NCBI RefSeq assembly: GCF_000143415.4
Contig: NW_003314295.1
Location: forward strand, 310,001-374,000
Reading direction: 5' to 3'
Origin: Selaginella moellendorffii
Taxonomy: Eukaryota > Plantae > Lycopodiophyta
Length of the DNA: 64,000 nucleotides
Part shown: positions 52,895-64,000 of the stretch, piece after piece
How positions within the stretch are numbered: position 1 is the first letter of the stretch
How the letters are laid out: the number at the start of each line of letters is the position of its first letter
Notes under the pieces: model-generated
Told to the model about the DNA's origin: nothing
Database searches by the model: none
The model's input: only the letters and a program-made list of their open reading frames with translations
Translations under genes and position numbers: made by a program

Positions 52895-55510
52895 GATCAA
52901 TGCAGTGGAGGCTAGCACGTCCAAAAGTTGTCCCAAAGAGTCTAGTGAGGACAAGGACCCGCCATCGCAGTTGCCACCACCAAAACCAAGATTTCTTCGT
53001 TCAGTGAAATCGATTGCTCCAATAGTTGTTGTGTAAAAGGAAAATACATTTCTAAGTTAAAATACATCTCAAGACATCAGTTCTTATCAGTTTTCCACTA
53101 GAAGGCATTATAGTGAGGAAATGCCAGGTGGAGGATCGTCCTCAGCTCTTCTTCGGATGCTTTAGCCTTGAGCGATCCATCGAAGCTGCCCTGCACGATG
53201 CGCTCGACCTTGCTCATGTGCATCTTTACGAGCTCCTCAGACGCTGGGCTGCCAACCTCGTCTTCTTGTTCTTTATCATTCTTTTCTCAGACATTTTCCT
53301 CAGGTACGTACCATGTTGTTTGTTCTTCGTTTCTCCTCTTGGACGAAAAGAAGCGATGTTTCCATTTCGTCTTAGAGCATCTAAACCATGCCATGTTCAA
53401 AGAAATGAACGACAGTTTGTGAGGCTACTAACCCTGTGAAAAACATTACCACCCACAGCCTTAGTGGGAAATGGAATATATATTCTCCAAAATGGCCAAG
53501 TTCACCTCATGGACTTGGTCGTCGCCCTGGAGTGGTCAACAAGGAGAGCCTGGCTATGGCGGGGATATGTGTGGAGGGGCACTTCCTGTGCACCTCCAAG
53601 CGACCAGGTGTGCCGGGACTACTGCCAGAAGTGCCAAAGGCAGCAAGTGTGAGGTTTGCAACACTGGAGTTTGCCATCACCTCGAGTAAACCCTGCAGCT
53701 GAATCGCATGGTAAAATCCTGTTACTCCAAAGTCTCCATTTTCTTATTCTGTTATTAAAAGTTTATAAGCAAAGATCTCATTTTAAATGACTCGTCTCTA
53801 AATTCATGTTTGTTCTCGCAAGTGGAACCAGAGAGAGCGTAAGAATAGTACTTAGATTCGAAGAAAACATGATGCACACAACAGTTCCTTCAGTAGTTTG
53901 GTTGTTTTTCACTTGCAAGTGTAGTGGTGAAGCGGGAGCAAGAACACAAGCATTCGATGAGAAACAAGGAAAAGAAGAAAAGAAGAACCATTGAAAAGCC
54001 ATTATCCTCAATCACAAAGTTGAGAAGAGGGAGTAGGCGCATTGTTTTTCTCAAAAAAACAAAACAAACGTTTTTTCCTTAGAGGTTGAATTCATCAGAA
54101 TAGACTTTGAGTATTGATGTTCTTGATCAGGCACCACTGGAGGACTTGTACACATTTTCTTTGCACCAATAATCCTGGCAGCTAACAACGCAGCAACGTT
54201 TCCTTCGCTCGTAATGTAGCTCTAGCTAGGGCTTATTAGCTAAAGGAAGACCCAAATGACTCACGGCCATATTCCGCAAGATGGAACGCCACTAAAGCTC
54301 ATAGAACTGGAAAGATCTCTTCATTGCCAGGTATATGAAGTACAAACAACAAAAGTTTGTGCTCCTTGGCAGGAGCTTGCTTTGTTCACACGTTTGTTGG
54401 AGCTTGTGATACAAGATTGTTTTCGATCATCACTCCGGGGATGATTCGACGATCAGTGGCGAGCTCTCTTGCTCGGTGGCCCGGCTTGTTGTTGCTGAAG
54501 CGGCAGTTGCCTTGTGAAGTGGTTCACCTCCTTAGCCAGTTGCCTCCTGTTGTCTTCCTCCTCTTGCTGGAGCGCCACGGCCACCATCCGCGTGATCCGG
54601 TCGGCATGGGGAGGATCCAACGCCACCTCGTCCTCCATGTAATGGCAGTCCGGCCTGAGCGCCCTCTTGTTGTTGGTCTCGGCCCAGTGATCATAGTCCG
54701 CGAAGTCAAAGCTATCGTATTGTTTCACCCGGATGCTCCTATTGTTACCAGCCTCGATCGCCAAGTCGTCGATCATGCGCTTGAGCTCAACATACCGCTC
54801 AACGTCCACCGCCACCATCTCCGATCTGCTCTGCTCGTGAGAAGTTCTTCTCGTCTCCCTTTTACAATCACAAACCCTATACGAAACAAACGAATATACT
54901 ACGTTTTTCGCCAAATATTGTTTCACCATCTTTAAGATAAAGGTTTTCAGCAACTTAACCGGTTTACTGAAATATTTTTAAATCTGTTTTATGCTCTCGA
55001 CCGATTTGAAGAGCTCAGGAGCGAGGAGCCAGAAATTCGTGGATTCAACCAGAGTTTCGAAGCGATTAGAAGCGGAATTTCACTCGCTTCTGTCCCTGGA
55101 TTTTTCCCAGCTTTCACTGAGCTGGCGTCAACTCTCTGCTTCCAGGACTTAATCTCCTCGCCATCCGTCGAGCATCATGCGTCCAATCTGGTTCTCTCCC
55201 CACCAGTCCAAGTCGTCCAGCAAGCGTTTCTTCCACCAGCTTTCGCTCATGGGACCTGGTAATCAATTCGCTGGATAAAGCTCCCACGAAAATTTGCCTT
55301 GCATTCCGCAAAATCGGGGAGAAGTTGACGAGATCGAGCACTTCGCAAGAAGGAAGAATTTCTTGGGTCTGAGCTGGATAGCTTTTGGATTTGGGAAGGG
55401 ATACTTTTTTTTTCCACCTTTATATTTCGAAAGGAAATGGTTTATGGTGGTTTATTTATCCATAAGCTTCTGGAGTCATTATTTATTCTATCTGTGGAAA
55501 GCTCTTTGTT
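52895..55510 (+). repeat. Direct duplication, unit 1 (about 2.6 kb); begins with the inverted 3' end of the B3 gene
   Basis: Near-identical to 56178-58815 (offset about 3.3 kb). 52895-53230 is the reverse complement of about 48070-48445. Confidence 0.95.
54453..54818 (-). CDS. Orphan ORF of about 121 aa, C-terminal NLS-like PPSKRARH (copy 1)
   Basis: GC-rich coding-like ORF MVAVDVERYVELKRMIDD...; no family recognised. Confidence 0.45.
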   Translation of the reverse strand: MVAVDVERYVELKRMIDDLAIEAGNNRSIRVKQYDSFDFADYDHWAETNNKRALRPDCHYMEDEVALDPPHADRITRMVAVALQQEEEDNRRQLAKEVNHFTRQLPLQQQQAGPPSKRARH

Positions 55511-56177
55511 AGCCTCATCGATGCTATTGTTCTTGTAGAAGGCATCCCTCCTCAAGCCTCTTTAGCTTGGAGACCTTTCTTCACAATCAGTAACACCTGC
55601 CCGACTTGCAAAGAAGTGTAACGTGTTTGGAGCACAATTCTCTATCCTTTCTCAGGCACTTGAAACTGCCATCCTTGCTTGTTCAGGAAAAAGAAAGAGA
55701 GAGAAGCATCATCGACATAACGCATTAGGTTGAGCTTTGATGGTCTTGTGAAATTGAGAACCGCCTGGTGCCGCAAACATTCGTTTCCTCCCAAATGAGT
55801 GAAAAAATTTACTTCAAGGCCTGGCGCACCAAGAAATTCCAGAAAGGAAGATCAAAGAAATGTTTGCAAAAGATATCGGGCCTCCTTGGGCGCCCACCTT
55901 TGGAGTGATATAGCAAGCTAAGAAACCATGCAAGTGGGTGGCATTTCAATGAGGATAAAAGCTCAAATATTAAATCATAATATATTCTTTATTTCTCTTT
56001 ATGTTTTTATTATTATAATTTTTTTTCTTAAGACATGAACGCAAAACAGCTTAGACCAGAATAAAATAAAGAATATTCGCACTAAAAGCTATATATGCCT
56101 CCCTTTTGTCTCAACCCTTTTCAGTTTGTATATAACCTAGGATCCATCGACAAGTAGTGCAATGGGGAGCTTGTTTG

Positions 56178-58815
56178 TGATCAATGCAGTGGAGGCTAGC
56201 ACGTCCAAAAGTTGTCCCAAAGAGTCAAAAAGCAAATCTAGCGAGGACAAGGACCTGCCATCACAGTTGCCACCACCAAAACCAAGATTTCTTCATTCAG
56301 TGAAATCTATTGCTCCAATAGTTGTTGTGTAAAAGGAAAATACATTTCTAAGTTAAAATACATCTCAAGACATCAGTTCTTATCAGTTTTCCACTAGAAG
56401 GCATCATAGTGAGGAAATGCCAGGCGGAGGATCTTCCTCAGCTCTTCTTCAGATGCTTTAGCCTTGAGCGATCCATCGAAGCTGCCCTGCACGATGCGCT
56501 CGACCTTGCTCCTGTGCATCTTTACGGTCACCCTGAGCTCCTCGGACGCTTGGCTGCCAACCTCGTCTTCTTGTTCTTTATCATTCTTTTCTCAGACATT
56601 TTCCTCAGGTACGTACCATGTTGTTTGTTCTTCGTTTCTCATCTTGGACGAAAAGAAGCGATGTTTCCATTTCGTCTTAGAGCATCTAAACCATGTCATA
56701 TTCGAAGAAATCAGTGACATTTTGTGAGGCTACTAACCCTGTGAAAAACATTACCACCCACAGCCTTAGTGGGAAATGGAATATATATTCTCCAAAATGC
56801 CCAAGCTCACCTCATGGACTTGGTCGTCACCCTGGAGTGGTCAACAAGGAGAGCCTATGGCGGGGATATGTGTGGAGGGGCACTTCCTGTGCACCTCCAA
56901 GCGACCAGGTGTGCCGGGACTACTGCCAGAAGTGCCAAAGGCAGCAAGTGTGAGATTTGCAACACTGGAGTTTGCCATCACCTCGAGTAAACCCTGCAGC
57001 TGAATCGCATGGTAAAATCCTGTTACTCCAAAGTCTCCATTTTCTTAATCTGTTATTAAAAGTACTTCCAAAGAACTCGTTTTAAACGACTCGTCTCTAA
57101 ATTCATGTTTATTCTCGCAAGTAGAACCAGAGAGAGTGTAAGAATAGTACTTTGATTCGAAGAAAACATGATGCACACAACAGTTCCTTCAGTAGTTTGG
57201 TTGTTCTTCACTTGCAAGGGCAGTGGTGAAGCGGGAGCAAGAACACAAGCATTCAATGAGAAACAAGGAAAAGAAGAAAAGAAGAACCATTGAAAAGCCA
57301 TTATCCTCAATCACAAAGTTGAGAAGAGGGTTGTTTTTTTCAAAAAAACAAAACAAACGTTTTTTCCTTAGAGGTTGAATTCATCAGTATAGACTTTGAG
57401 TATTGATGTTCTTGATCAGGCACCATTGGAGCACTTGTACACATTTTCTTTGCACCAATAATACGGCATACCCTGGCAGCTAACAACGCAGCAACGTTTC
57501 CTTCGCTCATAATGTAGCTCTAGCTAGGGCTTATTAGCTAAAGGAAGACCCAAATGACTCACGGCCATATTCCGCAAGATGGAACGCCACTAAAGCTCAT
57601 AGAACTGGAAAGATCTCTTCATTGCCAGGTATATGAAGTACAAACAACAAAAGTTTGTGCTCCTTGGCAGGAGCTTGCTTTGTTCACACGTTTGTTGGAG
57701 CTTGTGATACAAGATTGTTTTCGATCATCACTCCGGGGATGATTCGACGATCAGTGGCGAGCTCTCTTGCTCGGTGGCCCGGCTTGTTGTTGCTGAAGCG
57801 GCAGTTGCCTTGTGAAGTGGTTCACCTCCTTAGCCAGTTGCCTCCTGTTGTCTTCCTCCTCTTGCTGGAGCGCCACGGCCACCATCCGCGTGATCCGGTC
57901 GGCATGGGGAGGATCCAACGCCACCTCGTCCTCCATGTAATGGCAGTCCGGCCTGAGCGCCCTCTTGTTGTTGGTCTCGGCCCAGTGATCATAGTCCGCG
58001 AAGTCAAAGCTATCGTATTGTTTCACCCGGATGCTCCTATTGTTACCAGCCTCGATTGCCAAGTCGTCGATCATGCGCTTGAGCTCAACATACCGCTCAA
58101 CGTCCACCGCCACCATCTCCGATCTGCTCTGCTCGTGAGAAGTTCTTCCCGTCTCCCTTTTACAATCACAAACCCTATACGAAACAAACGAATATACTAC
58201 GTTTTTCGCCAAATATTGTTTCACCATCTTTAAGATAAAGGTTTTCAGCAACTTAACCGGTTTACTGAAATATTTTTAAATCTGTTTTATGCTCTCGACC
58301 GATTTGAAGAGCTCAGGAGCGAGGAGCCAGAAATTCGTGGATTCAACCAGAGTTTCGAAGCAATTAGAAGCGGAATTTCACTCGCTTCTGTCCCTGGATT
58401 TTTCCCAGCTTTCACTGAGCTCGTTGATGGCGTCAACTCTCTGCTTCCAGGACTTAATCTCCTCGCCATCCGTCGAGCATCATGCGTCCAATCTGGTTCT
58501 CTCCCCACCAGTCCAAGTCGTCCAGCAAGGGTTTCTTCCACCAGCTTTCGCTCATGGGACCTGGTAATCAATTCGCTGGATAAAGCTCCCACGAAAATTT
58601 GCCTTGAATTCCGCAAAATCGGGGAGAAGTTGACGAGATCAAGCACTTCGCAAGAAGGAAGAATTTCTTGGGTCTGAGCTGGATAGCTTTTGGATTTGGG
58701 AAGGGATACTTTTTTTTTTCACCTTTATATTTCGAAAGGAAATGGTTTATGGTGGTTTATTTATCCATAAGCTTCTGGAGTCATTGTTTATTCTATCTGT
58801 GGAAAGCTCTTTGTT
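56178..58815 (+). repeat. Direct duplication, unit 2; B3-flank homology extends left to about 56040
   Basis: Matches 52895-55510. Confidence 0.95.
57751..58116 (-). CDS. Orphan ORF of about 121 aa (copy 2)
   Basis: Same protein as copy 1 from MVAVD onward. Confidence 0.45.
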   Translation of the reverse strand: MVAVDVERYVELKRMIDDLAIEAGNNRSIRVKQYDSFDFADYDHWAETNNKRALRPDCHYMEDEVALDPPHADRITRMVAVALQQEEEDNRRQLAKEVNHFTRQLPLQQQQAGPPSKRARH

Positions 58816-59260
58816 TCTAAAGTAAAGATAAATTTTTTGATTAGGTATATCTCGAAAGTAAATGAATTGTTTGGCCATGAGGTATAAAATCCTAAACTTC
58901 CCTTCTAACATTATAGGTATTAATATAAACTTACTTCAAGGATTATTAGTATTAAAAATATTAGTTAGGATTTTAATAATTGACAGAATAAAGAAATATA
59001 AGTTTAAACAAGACAAATATAAAAGAAATGTTACTTACAATGCTTACAGAAATATGGCAACGAATATGTGATTTCGCATGGGAGCATTATATATTTACAC
59101 ATATGTGAATTTTTTTTTTTGTTTTGAGTTACATGCAAAAATATTATGCATACAATCACTTTTCAATTGGTATATAAGCAATCAAAATGCCATTGTGTTG
59201 TCATGAGATATGTTATATATGCATGGGGCATAACAACTCATGTTACCATATACACTCCCT

Positions 59261-59632
59261 CCTGAGCTCTTCAAATCGGTGGAGAGCATAAAACAAATTT
59301 AAAATATTTCAGTAAACCAGTTAAGTTGCTGAAAACCTTTATCTTAAATATGGTAAAACAATATTTGGCGAAAAATGTAGTATATTCGTTTGTTTCGTAT
59401 AGGGTTTGTGATTGTAAAAGGGAGACAGGAAGAACTTCTCACGAGCAGAGCAGATCAGAGATGGTGGCCGTGGATGTTGAGCGGTATGTTGAGCTCAAGC
59501 GCATGATCGACGACTTGGCGATCGAGGCTGGTAACAATAGGAGCATCCGGGTGAAACAATATGATAGCTTCGACTTCGCGGACTATGATCACTGGGCCGA
59601 GACCAACAACAGGAGGGTGCTCAGGCCGGACT
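59261..59632 (+). pseudogene. Inverted partial copy of the orphan gene (upstream region + 5' half)
   Basis: Reverse complement of about 57948-58317; truncated at RVLRPD*. Confidence 0.85.
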
Positions 59633-59699
59633 AAACACGATGGACTTTTGCTATATTCCTATTATACCTCGATTTCAACAACAATTTCAATGTAGAGAA

Positions 59700-60215
59700 A
59701 TAACACAATACATGACTTATCATTTTGATCATCGATCCATTGATGGAATAATAAGAATTTCTGCTGATGGTTCATCTTAGAAAAAATTCGAGAATGATTA
59801 TGTAGATTTTGCAGCAGATCCAAGAAATATATATTTTAGTGTGGCTACAGATAGTCTTTCTTTAACAAAATTAATGGCAAAACTATATTCATATTGGGCA
59901 ATTGTTGCAGTGAATAATAATATACCACCAACTCTAGTAATTAAGCCTTCATTTATATTTCCTATTATGATTATATCAGGTATTAGTTAAAAAAATAAAA
60001 TAAAATAACTATATCTATAATTTTTCTAAGTCCAAGGTATCTGATACTTATTAGTTATTATTTGTGGAAGAGTTAAAACAATTATGGGATGGAGTGCCAT
60101 GCAAAGATAATTTTAAACTAGAGGGTTAATAGTTTTTCAAACATAGAGCAGCAGTGCAATAATTTATTCATGATTTTCCTGAATTATGATTTTGTTCAGG
60201 ACTTCAAACTAGTGG
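59700..60215 (+). mobile_element. CACTA/En-Spm (Tnp2, Transposase_21-like) remnant
   Basis: DFAADPRNIYFSVATD...YSYWAIVAVNNNIPP...IMIISG, VEELKQLWDGV, FIHDFPE..SGLQTSG, with stops. Confidence 0.75.
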
Positions 60216-60390
60216 TGTGAGGGCCAAGTGTACGGTTACGATGCCGTATACTAATATTAGCGTAGTGGGATTTTGGTAGCCGTCGGATTGGTTTCAATCT
60301 GGACCACTCGCTTCTGTATATAAACTAGGGTTTTTGGGCTAATTGATATGCACATTTCTGTATTCCCTTTCCATATTCCAGGCACTCACA
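60216..60390 (+). repeat. 5' LTR (175 bp)
   Basis: tgtgagggcc...ggcactcaca terminal inverted repeat (9/10) with an internal tatataaa. Confidence 0.75.
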
Positions 60391-60391
60391 T

Positions 60392-60407
60392 TAGTGGAGA
60401 TGAGGGG
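60392..60407 (+). other. Primer binding site, tRNA-Ala-like
   Basis: tagtggagatgagggg versus tggtggagatgcgggg expected from the plant tRNA-Ala 3' end (recalled; 2 mismatches). Confidence 0.6.
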
Positions 60408-61523
60408 CACCTTTGATTGTCCTTGAGGAGTGCTTGGATTAGGGATTTTGGTTTAGATCTAGCTTTTGCATCGTCTAGATCTAGCTTTTTCCATTTCTTT
60501 TCTTTTGTTCTTTCTTTTGGTTTAGATCTAGCTTTTTTGCGTTGTCTAGATCTACCATTTCCTTCTAGCTTTTTGTCATCTCTCTTCTTTTGCTCTTTCT
60601 TCTTCGTTCATCTTCATGGCAGATCCGCAATCTCCTCCTTTGACTCTAGAGCAGCAGTTGGTACAATTGCTTGATGCTATGCGCTTGCAATTGAACAACC
60701 AAACTCAGTTGATGGCGGCGTTCACGGCACGTGGTACAACTCCTCCTGCTCTTGGTGCTAATCCTCGCGTTCGACCGGAGTTCTTTCGCGGGAATCCTGG
60801 GGATGATGTGTACCATTGGTTCGATCACTTCACGGTGATTGCCACATATCATTCTTGGGATGATGCTCGACGTTTGCGTGAGTTTCCCACGTGTCTCCAA
60901 GGGACGGCGTTGCAGTGGTACAATGGTTTGAGCGCAGCCACTCGTGGGGATTGGAGTGTTCTCCCGGACGTCTTCAAATGTGCCTTCGGACATGCCAATG
61001 ATTGTGATGATGCTTTCTAACAATTGCATCGTCTTCGCCAAGGGCCATCTGAGTCGGTGATGCAATTTGGCGTTCGTTTCCGAAGTCTTTTGCTTCGTGC
61101 GGAGCCAAATATGTCGGAGCGGATCAAGCTAGGAATGTTGTGGTCAGCACTTCGTCAAGATCTTGTTGGACTAGTGCATGCACTTGCTCCTGCCACCCTT
61201 GACGATGCTCTTCGCTTGGCACAACGTTATGAGACGTCACCTCTTCCACTTCTCGCTGCACGTCCTTCTGCTCCACTTCCTATGGGTGATGGTCCTGTTC
61301 CAATGGAGGTTGATGCTGCTGCTGCTCAATTCCAAGGACAAGTGCAAGGACGTGGTCGTGGCCATGATGTTCGCTGCTGGGCGTGTGATGAAGTTGGTCA
61401 TACTTATCGGCGTTGCCGTCGTTTTCCGGATTGGCGACCTCCATTTTCTGGGTGGAGACCTTGGCGTCAGCAATGTCCCATGGGTGCTGCTGCAGTGGAA
61501 GGTCTAGACACCGAGATGCATCC

Positions 61524-61587
61524 GGGAAACGAGGAGTCGCGCGAGTAATGGAGGGACCTTGCGCGAATAAATCTGTGACCCCTCCAT
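61524..61587 (+). promoter_or_regulatory. -1 programmed ribosomal frameshift signal at the gag/pol junction
   Basis: G GGA AAC in the gag frame, 6-nt spacer, stem 1 at 61537-45/61558-66, stem 2 at 61548-55/61580-87. pol is in the -1 frame. Confidence 0.85.
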
Positions 61588-64000
61588 CTTTCTTTCGGGA
61601 GTATCATCAAGGGGTTCACTCGGCACCGGTTCATCCCGTGTTTACTTTCCAAGCTCGTTTTTATAACAAGAGGTCTCCTATTATTCTCTCCGTGTTGGTT
61701 GATATAGGTTCGAGTTTATCTTCTATTGCTCGACCTGTTACCACACGTTGTCGTCTACACTTGCGTCGTGCGGCAGAACCAGTTTTCATTCTTTATGGCA
61801 ACGGCCGTACACATGCATGTGCACGGGATGAGGTGGACCTGGTTGTGCGTGTGGGCGATCTCGAGCTTGAGTTGTAATCGTTGCGGGTGGTGCCGAGTCA
61901 AGCTTTTGACTTCATTCTTGGTATGGATTGGTTGCAGCGCAATCATGCCAAGTGTGACTTTGAGGCTTCTCCCCCTTGTCTCATACTTCCTTATGTTTCA
62001 TCCATTCCTCTCACTTCCATACCTCTTCGTCCCTCTATTTCTACCTCTGCTTCCATTACTTTTGTTCCCCCACTCTTTCCTTCTGTGTTTCCATCTTGTT
62101 CTGCTTTTCCCTTTTCCGATCCCTCTGACGATCTTTATGTTGCAGCAGTTGACCGGCTTATGAAGGAGTATTTTGATCTCTTTGAATTTGACCTATCGTC
62201 TGGGGCCAAGATTGCCACACATCATCCGATTCCAACCGGGGATGCTCGTCCAATCAAGGTTCCTATTCGTCGTCGGTCACCTAAGGAGATCAAGATTTTA
62301 CGAGCCAACGTCAAGGAAATGCTGGAGAAGGGTGTTATTCGGAAGTCGCGGAGTCCTTGGGCATGTAAACCTCATCTTGTGACGAAGCCTAATGGAAGTA
62401 TTCGTTTCTGCATCGACTATCGTCCGTTAAACGAAGTGACGATCCCAGATATGTATCCTCTTCCTCACACTGCTGATCTTTTAGATCGTCTGGGGCGAAG
62501 TCGTTGGTTCACCAAGCTAGATCTTGCTTTTGGGTATTGGCAAGTACCGATGGCCGAAGAAGATATTCCTAAGACTGCTTTTTGTACACCATTTGGTTTG
62601 TACGAGTTCTTGATGATGCCGTTTGGTTTGAACAATGCTCCAGCAACTTTCCAGCGGATGATGGACGAGGTTCTTTGCAATATGCCGGAAGTGACTGCTG
62701 ACTTCATTGATGATGTCTTGATCCACTCGGAGGGGACATGGGAGGAGCACGTTCGTGATGTTTGTAAAGTGTTGGATCGGCTACGTGACGTTGGTTTAAA
62801 GCTGAAGCGGTCGAAGTGCGTGTTTGGGTCCAAGGACACAACTTATCTTGGGTACCGTATTTCTCGTGAGGGTTTGCAAGTTGATCCTGACAAACTTGTG
62901 GCTGTTCTAAAGTTCTCTACTCCAAAGTGTGTGAATGATATGCAGCGCTTCTTGGGTAAGGTGCAGTATCTCGGTTGTTTTGTGGATCATCTTTCCGATC
63001 GCACTACACCATTGCGAGCGTTGCTGAAGTCATCAACGTCATCTTTCATCTGGTCTCCGGATTGTGAGCGGGCATTCGTGGATCTCAAGGAGCTATTGAC
63101 GACTCCTCCGGTTTTGGCATATCCTGACTACACTCGACCTTTTATTTTGCGCGTAGATGCTTCTGACATTGGTCTTGGAGGTGTATTGATGCAAGAGAGC
63201 TTGAGTGTGCCTGGTCAGCGCCACCCCATTGCATACATAAGCCGTACATTACAACCAGCGGAGATGAACTACTCCACGACGGAGAAGGAGTGTTTAGCAG
63301 CAGTCTAGGGTTTCGAGAAACTTCATGCATATCTACATGGTTCTCGGACGTTATTTGAAGGTGACCATGCTGTTGTTACTTCATTATTGAAGCAGAAGAA
63401 CCTGGTTGGTCGTACGGCTCGATGGGCTTTGAAACTTCAGATATATGATTTCGATGTTGTTCATCGCCTAGGGAGTTCTATGGCTGATGCTAATGCCCTT
63501 TCTCGAGCTCCTCTTCCTTCTCCACTCACTTCTCATGTTTCTGATGAACCTGTTGTTCCAGCATCTGTGGATTTTCTAGATGAGGATTCTGTGCTGTCGG
63601 CGGTTGCTGTCCTTGACGTTCAGTGTCCACAAGGCACAAAGCAAGATCTACCTTCTCTTGATGAGGTTCGTGAGGCTCAAAAGATTGAGCCGTGGATTCG
63701 AAGGCTTCGAAATGCGTTTGAGAATCCTGCATCACTTGCTGATGACTTGCCTTTCCGGCATTTACATTCTCAATATCGCCTTGAAGATGGCCTTCTTTAT
63801 TTTGTGGGGACGGATCCTGATGATCATTTACAGCTTGTGGTGCCTTCGGTGTTTATTCCGCGGTTTCTCCATGCCTACCATGATTCTCCTGTTCTAGGTA
63901 GGCATATGGGACACCGTCGTGTTACCGAGAAGCTGCGCAGGTCTTTCTATTGGCCGGAGATGCGACGTGATATTATCCGGTATGTGCGTAGTTGCGTTTG

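Larger units (their letters stand above)
60216..64000 (+). mobile_element. Ty3/gypsy LTR retrotransposon (decayed; continues past the window end)
   Basis: LTR and PBS, gag (LRQGPSESV; CWACDEVGHTYRRC), protease (LVDIGSS), RT (FCIDYRPLN, MPFGLNNAPATFQ, FIDDVLI), RNase H (DASDIGLG, NYSTTEKE) and integrase HHCC start. Several in-frame stops. Confidence 0.95.

Noticed and set aside
53436-53720. Cys-rich ORFs as a defensin-like peptide gene
   Set aside because: No signal peptide or consistent Cys spacing, and the two copies differ by a frameshifting indel.
55700-55730. Minus-strand RYVDD, like a Penelope or other RT motif
   Set aside because: No other RT motifs nearby, and it is followed by an intron-like pyrimidine tract.
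60210-60397. tagtgg on both sides of the LTR as the TSD of a solo LTR
   Set aside because: The right copy is offset by 1 nt, is part of the PBS and is followed by gag-pol.
61018-61026. TAA CAA TTG as a programmed readthrough signal
   Set aside because: It does not fit CARYYA, lies mid-capsid, and the element has other mutational stops.

Overview
Eukaryotic land-plant nuclear DNA: compact and gene-dense, with ~50-60 nt GT-AG introns. An IFT80 gene (ciliated sperm), PLS/E-class PPR genes and the tiny introns point to a non-seed plant, most plausibly a Selaginella-like lycophyte (inference). Genes in order: BAHD acyltransferase (partial), PIMT, two convergent full-size ABCG/PDR transporters flanking a fasciclin-extensin chimera, ALG10, Rab escort protein, VPS2, BiP, three PPR-E genes, IFT80 and two B3-domain genes. 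About 18-38 kb is a duplicated and rearranged cassette with reciprocal gene decay. It includes two decayed Crinkler-like (P-loop NTPase + restriction-endonuclease-fold) genes and a ~95-bp-arm hairpin. The right end holds a Crinkler-like kinase pseudogene, a ~2.6 kb direct duplication carrying an orphan ORF, a CACTA transposase remnant, and a Ty3/gypsy element with a tRNA-Ala PBS and a G GGA AAC + H-type pseudoknot -1 frameshift signal. The most novel-looking signals are the 11-18 aa inserts inside internal PPR L motifs, the plant Crinkler-like toxin/transposon genes, the FAS1-Ser-Pro(n) chimera and an unnamed conserved domain at the B3 C-terminus. All calls come from reading the sequence; no database searches were run and exon boundaries are approximate.
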